From the IMG/VR virus record IMGVR_UViG_3300043570_002836, positions 1 through 64,000 of that record: a stretch of 64,000 nucleotides of DNA; one strand, written 5' to 3'. A model generated the notes under the pieces. The model made no database searches. It was not told the DNA's origin and was given only the letters and a program-made list of their open reading frames with translations. This stretch comes from a virus. The translations under genes were made by a program, and so were the position numbers. This document shows, in pieces, positions 59,479 to 64,000 of the stretch (the stretch's first letter is position 1; each line of letters starts with the position of its first letter).

Positions 59479-59872
59479 TTGAATTTACCATTTTAACTAA
59501 GACATCAACTAATATTACATTGTCGATACCCTCAATTAAGATTGGATTTTTTGTTTTCCCGTTTTCGATTAAATTACCTACTCCCATGTAAAACTTACAA
59601 TCAGTACTAATATTTGTTTTGTACATAATTGCGTTATACGCTTTTTGTTTTAATCTATCACTTCTAAATGTTGTTGTCAAATCTATGAAGATATCAACCC
59701 CGTCAATTGTTGTTTTAAAATCAAAATCAATAATTTGTTTTTTACCTAATGAGTTAATGAAAAATGGTTTTTCTTTATTTAACATTTTTTTTAACCCCGT
59801 TAATAATTCAAACTTGTCTTCTAATGACTTTCCATTCAGACATTTTTCTTGGTTAGTTTTACTGTGTGTCAT
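59465..59872 (-). CDS. Putative PD-(D/E)xK-type endonuclease within the tRNA array
   Basis: GKSLE..F...IDFDF......IFIDLTT..RSDRLK; stop codon lies inside tRNA-Cys. Confidence 0.5.
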   Translation of the reverse strand: MTHSKTNQEKCLNGKSLEDKFELLTGLKKMLNKEKPFFINSLGKKQIIDFDFKTTIDGVDIFIDLTTTFRSDRLKQKAYNAIMYKTNISTDCKFYMGVGNLIENGKTKNPILIEGIDNVILVDVLVKMVNSRTDA

Positions 59873-59993
59873 AGTCGTAATGTTTTTAAATATTAAGTCG
59901 CGGGGAATCCATCTGCCGCTTATTACTAGAATCTTGTGGTTTACTTACTATAGTTCATACCGTTACCACTAGGAAACCCAACTTAATATTTTG

Positions 59994-60065
59994 TAGCCCC
60001 TGTAGGACTCGAACCTACACTATTTTGTATGTAAAACAAACACTTTTCCTTTAAGTTAAGGAGCT
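59994..60065 (-). tRNA. tRNA-Val(TAC)
   Basis: TTTGT-TTTACAT-ACAAA. Confidence 0.88.
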
Positions 60066-60073
60066 AATTATTG

Positions 60074-60148
60074 TGTCCCCGACAGGAATCGAACCTGTGA
60101 CCCTTCCATTAAAAGTGGAATGCTCTAAACCAACTGAGCTACGAGGAC
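60074..60148 (-). tRNA. tRNA-Lys(TTT)
   Basis: TTCCA-CTTTTAA-TGGAA. Confidence 0.93.
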
Positions 60149-60159
60149 ATTTTTTTAAG

Positions 60160-60233
60160 TCGGAATGGTAGGGTTCGAACCTACGACCTTTCACGTATCA
60201 GGCGAATGCTCTAACCAACTGAGCTACATTCCG
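60160..60233 (-). tRNA. tRNA-Ile(GAT)
   Basis: TTCGC-CTGATAC-GTGAA. Confidence 0.92.
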
Positions 60234-60240
60234 TTATTTT

Positions 60241-60315
60241 TGGTCGGGGTAGCAGGTGTCGAACCTGCCGCCTCTTGGTCCCAAACCAAGCGTCTCTCCC
60301 CAAGACTATACCCCG
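60241..60315 (-). tRNA. tRNA-Pro(TGG), CCA encoded
   Basis: CTTGG-TTTGGGA-CCAAG. Confidence 0.9.
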
Positions 60316-60711
60316 TTATTTTGTTTTTAAGATATCCCCCAACTTCTTTACACGATTTTTGAAAGTTGTGTTGTAGAACTTTTCAAAATCTTGTTTAAGG
60401 TAGTTGAATCTGATATCACACCCATTTTTTAATTCTTTGTATGTGGAACCCCAATTCATCCCATCATTTACCATATCAATAACCAAGATTCCTACAGATA
60501 AGTTAGTAACATTCCCAACCCATATTGATATCTTCAATTCAGGGTTATATAAACCTCTACCATAAGATTCACCTCTTGGGTCAATAACAAAACCTCTTTT
60601 TTTGAACTCATCTAAAATGAAAGTTACCATTTCAGGTTTTAAACCTGATTGAATAGATTTAATCTCGTTATTTAATCCTTGAACTTTAGTTATTTTGTCT
60701 GTAGTTGTCAT
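60316..60711 (-). CDS. Hypothetical protein within tRNA array A
   Basis: Own -7 element at 60740-60747; stop codon abuts tRNA-Pro. Confidence 0.7.
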   Translation of the reverse strand: MTTTDKITKVQGLNNEIKSIQSGLKPEMVTFILDEFKKRGFVIDPRGESYGRGLYNPELKISIWVGNVTNLSVGILVIDMVNDGMNWGSTYKELKNGCDIRFNYLKQDFEKFYNTTFKNRVKKLGDILKTK

Positions 60712-60791
60712 ATGTATGGGTTTATCGTTGTTTGTCTTACAAATCTACGAAATCATTTCCATTCTCACAACACTTTTGTTATTTTTTTTTG

Positions 60792-60861
60792 TACCGAGTA
60801 TGGGTTTCGAACCCACTTGACCATCCTTATGAGAGATAGTTCTTTTCCTTTAAGCCTCGGT
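60792..60861 (-). tRNA. tRNA(CAT), probably elongator Met; short, atypical D arm
   Basis: TATCT-CTCATAA-GGATG; leader A has two internal ATG codons. Confidence 0.7.
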
Positions 60862-60868
60862 GTTTCTG

Positions 60869-60956
60869 CGGAAGATGTAGGGTTCGAACCTACGCATCAT
60901 ATTTCAGACCTACTTGTTTAGCAAACAAGCCTCTTTACCGATTTGAGTAATCTTCC
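60869..60956 (-). tRNA. tRNA-Ser(GCT)
   Basis: CTTGT-TTGCTAA-ACAAG; long variable arm. Confidence 0.92.
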
Positions 60957-60996
60957 AAATTATACCGACCTAGCTCGGTATCACACATCGGATACG

Positions 60997-61068
60997 TAGT
61001 CCCCCAAGGACTCGAACCTTGACAATAACATCCGTAGTGTTAAGTGCTATCCATTACACCAAGGAACC
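60997..61068 (-). tRNA. tRNA-Arg(ACG)
   Basis: TAACA-CTACGGA-TGTTA. Confidence 0.9.
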
Positions 61069-61124
61069 AAATTATTAGGTCAGGACCTAATAATCACTCA
61101 TTATTAGGTTTTAACCTTATATTG

Positions 61125-61199
61125 GGAGTATAGTGAGATTTGAACTCACCCTATTATCACCACAAAATAACGTGCTCAACCACTGACACTATATACTCC
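61125..61199 (-). tRNA. tRNA-His(GTG)
   Basis: TTATT-TTGTGGT-GATAA; G-1:C73. Confidence 0.88.
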
Positions 61200-61277
61200 A
61201 TAAAAACCCCACTTCATCAGCTTAACGGACTGACTGCCATATCGGAGGTGGGGGTATCCTGTTAATTCAGGACCTCG

Positions 61278-61350
61278 TGGGACAGGAGAGAATCGAACTC
61301 TCATTGCTTGTTCTTCAAACAAGTGCCTTGACCAACTTGGCAACTGACCC
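61278..61350 (-). tRNA. tRNA-Phe(GAA)
   Basis: CTTGT-TTGAAGA-ACAAG. Confidence 0.88.
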
Positions 61351-61359
61351 AATTTATTG

Positions 61360-61432
61360 TTGTCCCACAAGGGTTCGAACCTCGACTCTTCTGTACCAAA
61401 AACAGACGTGTTGCCAATTACACTATAGGACA
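61360..61432 (-). tRNA. tRNA-Gln(TTG)
   Basis: TCTGT-TTTTGGT-ACAGA; U1:A72. Confidence 0.9.
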
Positions 61433-61438
61433 GTGAGA

Positions 61439-61564
61439 TTACTTTTGTAATCTTTTTAATAATTTTTTAATTAACTTAAATTTGATTTTAATCCCTTTAG
61501 GTTCTTGTCTCAAAAACACTCGACTTGATTCGAATGTTCCTGTTAATACTTCTTTTCTTTTCAT
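61439..61564 (-). CDS. Small basic protein, 41 aa (MKRKEVLTGTF...KRLQK), not in ORF track
   Basis: Translated by hand; A-rich 5' region; fills the gap between tRNA-Ser and tRNA-Gln. Confidence 0.5.
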   Translation of the reverse strand: MKRKEVLTGTFESSRVFLRQEPKGIKIKFKLIKKLLKRLQK

Positions 61565-61583
61565 AATTTATTTTTCTTTTTTG

Positions 61584-61666
61584 CGGAAGACAGAGGAATC
61601 GAACCCCTAAAGCTTTTACACCCAGCTGATTTCAAGTCAGTGTCCTCGTCCATTCGGGCGCCTTCC
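61584..61666 (-). tRNA. tRNA-Ser(TGA)
   Basis: CTGA-CTTGAAA-TCAG; long variable arm; G73. Confidence 0.92.
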
Positions 61667-61687
61667 GTATTTTTATCTTTACCAATA

Positions 61688-61717
61688 TGTCAAAGAACTT
61701 TTCATTTTACAAAGTTA
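61688..61717 (-). promoter_or_regulatory. Host-type -7 element (TAACTTTG) and boxA-like GTTCTTTGACA ahead of tRNA array A
   Basis: Motif match. Confidence 0.65.
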
Positions 61718-61753
61718 CATTTTTTATTTTGTAACTTCCTAATTTTTATTCCA

Positions 61754-61796
61754 TAAAAAAACCCCCGAACTTTTGGTTCAGGGGTCTTACTAAATT
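61754..61796 (-). terminator. Attenuator-type terminator A
   Basis: GACCCCTGAAC-CAAAA-GTTCGGGGGTT followed by T-tract; CTGAACCA complementary to TGGTTCAG in leader A. Confidence 0.85.
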
Positions 61797-61811
61797 AATA
61801 TACGTTTATAT

Positions 61812-61931
61812 TTAACTTAATATGTTTTCTGAACCATATGACATGCTAAACCACATCGGATACGATACGCAACAAACGCGAATCTGTTTCGATGGACTTA
61901 CTTGTTTAATATGTTGTTCAGTTGCTCTCAT
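61812..61931 (-). CDS. Leader peptide A, MRATEQHIKQVSPSKQIRVCCVSYPMWFSMSYGSENILS (putative attenuator of tRNA array A)
   Basis: Codons 6-32 are all cognate to array A tRNAs and cover all 14 anticodon types. Confidence 0.85.
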   Translation of the reverse strand: MRATEQHIKQVSPSKQIRVCCVSYPMWFSMSYGSENILS

Positions 61932-61957
61932 TTTTTTTATTCTTTAATATATATCTA

Positions 61958-61987
61958 CAAATTTAGTAAAAGTTTGTTGAATGTCAA
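61958..61987 (-). promoter_or_regulatory. Promoter for leader A (TTGAC...TAAATTTG)
   Basis: Bacteroidota -7 consensus about 27 nt upstream of the leader ATG. Confidence 0.65.
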
Positions 61988-62001
61988 TGTTTTTTTAAAT
62001 T

Positions 62002-62184
62002 TTAACTGTTTTTCCACTCTTTCCAATAGTCAAATTCTTTTAAATTTTCTAAAAATTGTTTCTCAACCATTACATAGTTACTTGAGTTTTCCATTTCAGA
62101 TAACATATTGAAAAATTGTTGTCCATCTAATGACTCGGCAAACTGTCTATGTTCTTCTTCTAATATTTCGTGAAATCTTCCCAT
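62002..62184 (-). CDS. Small hypothetical protein
   Basis: ORF track. Confidence 0.6.
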   Translation of the reverse strand: MGRFHEILEEEHRQFAESLDGQQFFNMLSEMENSSNYVMVEKQFLENLKEFDYWKEWKNS

Positions 62185-62185
62185 C

Positions 62186-62365
62186 TTATATTTTCTTTAC
62201 GTGGTATTCGTGACCTGAATCAGAATTTGTTTGAAAGATGTCTTTCATTGTTTCAGCTTCATTTTCGGTTTCAAATTCCCAAACCTCAATATCAGTGTTT
62301 AATAAAATAACAGGTAAACTTTTTCCTGTTTTTTTGTTTTTTACGTTTTTGATAATTACATACAT
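62186..62365 (-). CDS. Small hypothetical protein, 59 aa (MYVIIKNVK...HVKKI), not in ORF track
   Basis: Translated by hand; -7 element at 62385-62392. Confidence 0.65.
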   Translation of the reverse strand: MYVIIKNVKNKKTGKSLPVILLNTDIEVWEFETENEAETMKDIFQTNSDSGHEYHVKKI

Positions 62366-62417
62366 AGTCTCGATATTTTTTTTACAAATCTAATAACAAT
62401 TTAGATATTAAACAACT

Positions 62418-63998
62418 TTAAAATCTGTTTTTTTTCTTACCACCAAACATTCTTAAATTTTGTTCGGCTAACGTACCCTTCTTTAATTCAAAGATTTCAT
62501 TTCGGTTAAGGGGTTTATTAACTTGTTTTGGTTTTTCATCCTTAGATGGATGATAAATATCTTTTCGGTTTTGGATGTTATTGATTAAATCGTAATTTAT
62601 TTTGGCGTTTTCTTGTTTTGGTTTAACATTTAATTTGAGAACATTGGTTAATAAATTTTCAATTTTATCCTTAACTATGTTGAATTCGGATAAATTTGAC
62701 GAGTTAATTACTTCAATTGTTATTTCTTTAAATTTTTCGGTAATTAACTCGGATAATGGTCCAAAATCTTTTTTTGTTTTACTAATTTTTGAATAATTAC
62801 TTCTAATTTTTGACGACATATTAGTGTCAGGATGTTGTGTTAAACTATTTGGATGAATACGTCGATAAAACCCAATTTTTTTAGTGTGGGTTAATTTTAC
62901 TTTATTTTTATATAATCGACCCATTAAATCGGAATCAGCCGCACATCTCCACCCCTCAAATCCATTCATATTTAAAAATAAGTTTTTATTAATACCGAAT
63001 ACACCTTCACCGTATGTGTTAGTTGTGGTGATGGTTTTATTAATTCCTTTAACGTCACCTTTAAAATCTAAATACATAGGTTTAATTAAGTCATGCGTAC
63101 TTTTTTTGGCCATGATATCTTGTATTAATTGTTCTGTCATAATATCGTCAGAATCAAAAAATAAAATATAATTAGATTTACTAATTTTAGTTAAACTATT
63201 TTTAATAATATATGGACCAACATTTTTTTCAAAGTATTGAAAACTTATTCGACTATCAAAACTATTATTTTTCACATATTCTAATGTTTTTTTACAACCA
63301 TCAATTCCGATGAAGATTTCACATTCAAGGTTTTTGATAGACTTAATTATGGATTGTAACGTTTCATCAAGGAATTCAACATTGTCGAATGTTGGTAATA
63401 TAATTGTTATTTCTTTCTCTTCATTTTTAATATCGAATTCATTAACTATTTTATCAATAAACAACAAATCTTTATATACCAATATGTTTTCGTTATTTTT
63501 ATCATTTCCGATAACTATAACTTTATCACCATGTGACCATTTTTGTAAATTTTCCAAAATTACAACTGAAAAATCTTTTTTAGTTTTATCAACATTAAAT
63601 AAAATTTTACTACCTATTTTCTCTTTAAAGTTATTTTCTAAATACGTTAAATGGTGCATGTTCATTCGTGAAATTAAGTACTTATTCTCAACCATTTTTC
63701 TTGCAGGGTCAGAAAGAACCGAACTATAAATATGTCTACCGTATTTTCTATCATCTATCTTATATATTGATGGTACATAAAGTTTATCTTCTAAAAAATA
63801 GTATTTATCACTTTTATAATATGTAATTATTGGTGAATATAATGTATCAATATTATTAAGTTTCATTAAATTCACCTCCTCTCTTAGTTGACGGTCATTA
63901 TAACATTCATCATTATCTAAAGTCATAATATATTCACAATTCACCGATTTACATTTTTCTAAACCCAAATTTCTTTTATCAATCATACCATCAATTTT
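62418..63998 (-). CDS. Glycosyltransferase family 2 (two GT-A-like domains), probably 5'-truncated by window edge
   Basis: TLDNDE; ITIILPTF...IDG...FFDSDD...AADSD; frame open to window end. Confidence 0.8.
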   Translation of the reverse strand, partial: KIDGMIDKRNLGLEKCKSVNCEYIMTLDNDECYNDRQLREEVNLMKLNNIDTLYSPIITYYKSDKYYFLEDKLYVPSIYKIDDRKYGRHIYSSVLSDPARKMVENKYLISRMNMHHLTYLENNFKEKIGSKILFNVDKTKKDFSVVILENLQKWSHGDKVIVIGNDKNNENILVYKDLLFIDKIVNEFDIKNEEKEITIILPTFDNVEFLDETLQSIIKSIKNLECEIFIGIDGCKKTLEYVKNNSFDSRISFQYFEKNVGPYIIKNSLTKISKSNYILFFDSDDIMTEQLIQDIMAKKSTHDLIKPMYLDFKGDVKGINKTITTTNTYGEGVFGINKNLFLNMNGFEGWRCAADSDLMGRLYKNKVKLTHTKKIGFYRRIHPNSLTQHPDTNMSSKIRSNYSKISKTKKDFGPLSELITEKFKEITIEVINSSNLSEFNIVKDKIENLLTNVLKLNVKPKQENAKINYDLINNIQNRKDIYHPSKDEKPKQVNKPLNRNEIFELKKGTLAEQNLRMFGGKKKNRF

Positions 63999-64000
63999 AT

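Noticed and set aside
61071-61120. Perfect 10-bp hairpin and repeated ATTATTAGGT between tRNA-His and tRNA-Arg
   Set aside because: Short and AT-rich; explained by a local duplication or processing spacer with no further support.
56366-61370. Track ORFs overlapping tRNA genes (56366, 58404, 58428, 60165, 60679, 61176)
   Set aside because: Chance open frames across tRNA sequences.
1-64000. Stop-codon reassignment (TAG or TGA), as in some large Bacteroidota phages
   Set aside because: Genes are intact and densely packed under the standard code, and no CTA or TCA suppressor tRNA is present. The tRNA at 57530-57602 has anticodon TAG (Leu) and is not a suppressor.
1-64000. CRISPR array, integrase or transposase
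   Set aside because: No repeat-spacer array or recombinase motifs seen. The repeats at 11481 and 37766 are in-frame coding repeats.

Overview
AT-rich segment of a large T4-like (jumbo) dsDNA phage that probably infects a Bacteroidota host. Evidence for the host is TAnnTTTG -7 promoters, a Bacteroidota-type bS21 with Tyr54, and A-rich translation starts without Shine-Dalgarno motifs. Left to right it holds: a sugar-nucleotide/glycosyltransferase/methyltransferase cluster with exonuclease, dUTPase and PhoH (1-13.6 kb); a gp55-like late sigma factor and baseplate/adhesin genes (13.6-22.5 kb); the head module with capsid, scaffold, protease, portal, terminase and an oppositely oriented bS21 (23-41.9 kb); ClpC-like ATPase, peptidase and tmRNA (42-46.5 kb); a ~830-nt GOLLD-like RNA (48.2-49.1 kb); lysis and RNA-repair genes (49.5-54.4 kb); and two minus-strand tRNA arrays (15 + 11 tRNAs, all 20 amino acids) with structured spacers (56-61.7 kb). 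Main finding: each tRNA array is preceded by a short leader ORF missing from the ORF track, followed by a terminator with a competing antiterminator. The central codons of each leader are exactly the codons read by the tRNAs of its own array, down to the isoacceptor. This looks like ribosome-mediated attenuation that switches on phage tRNA arrays when any of those tRNAs is depleted. All product calls come from motif recognition by eye, not database searches.
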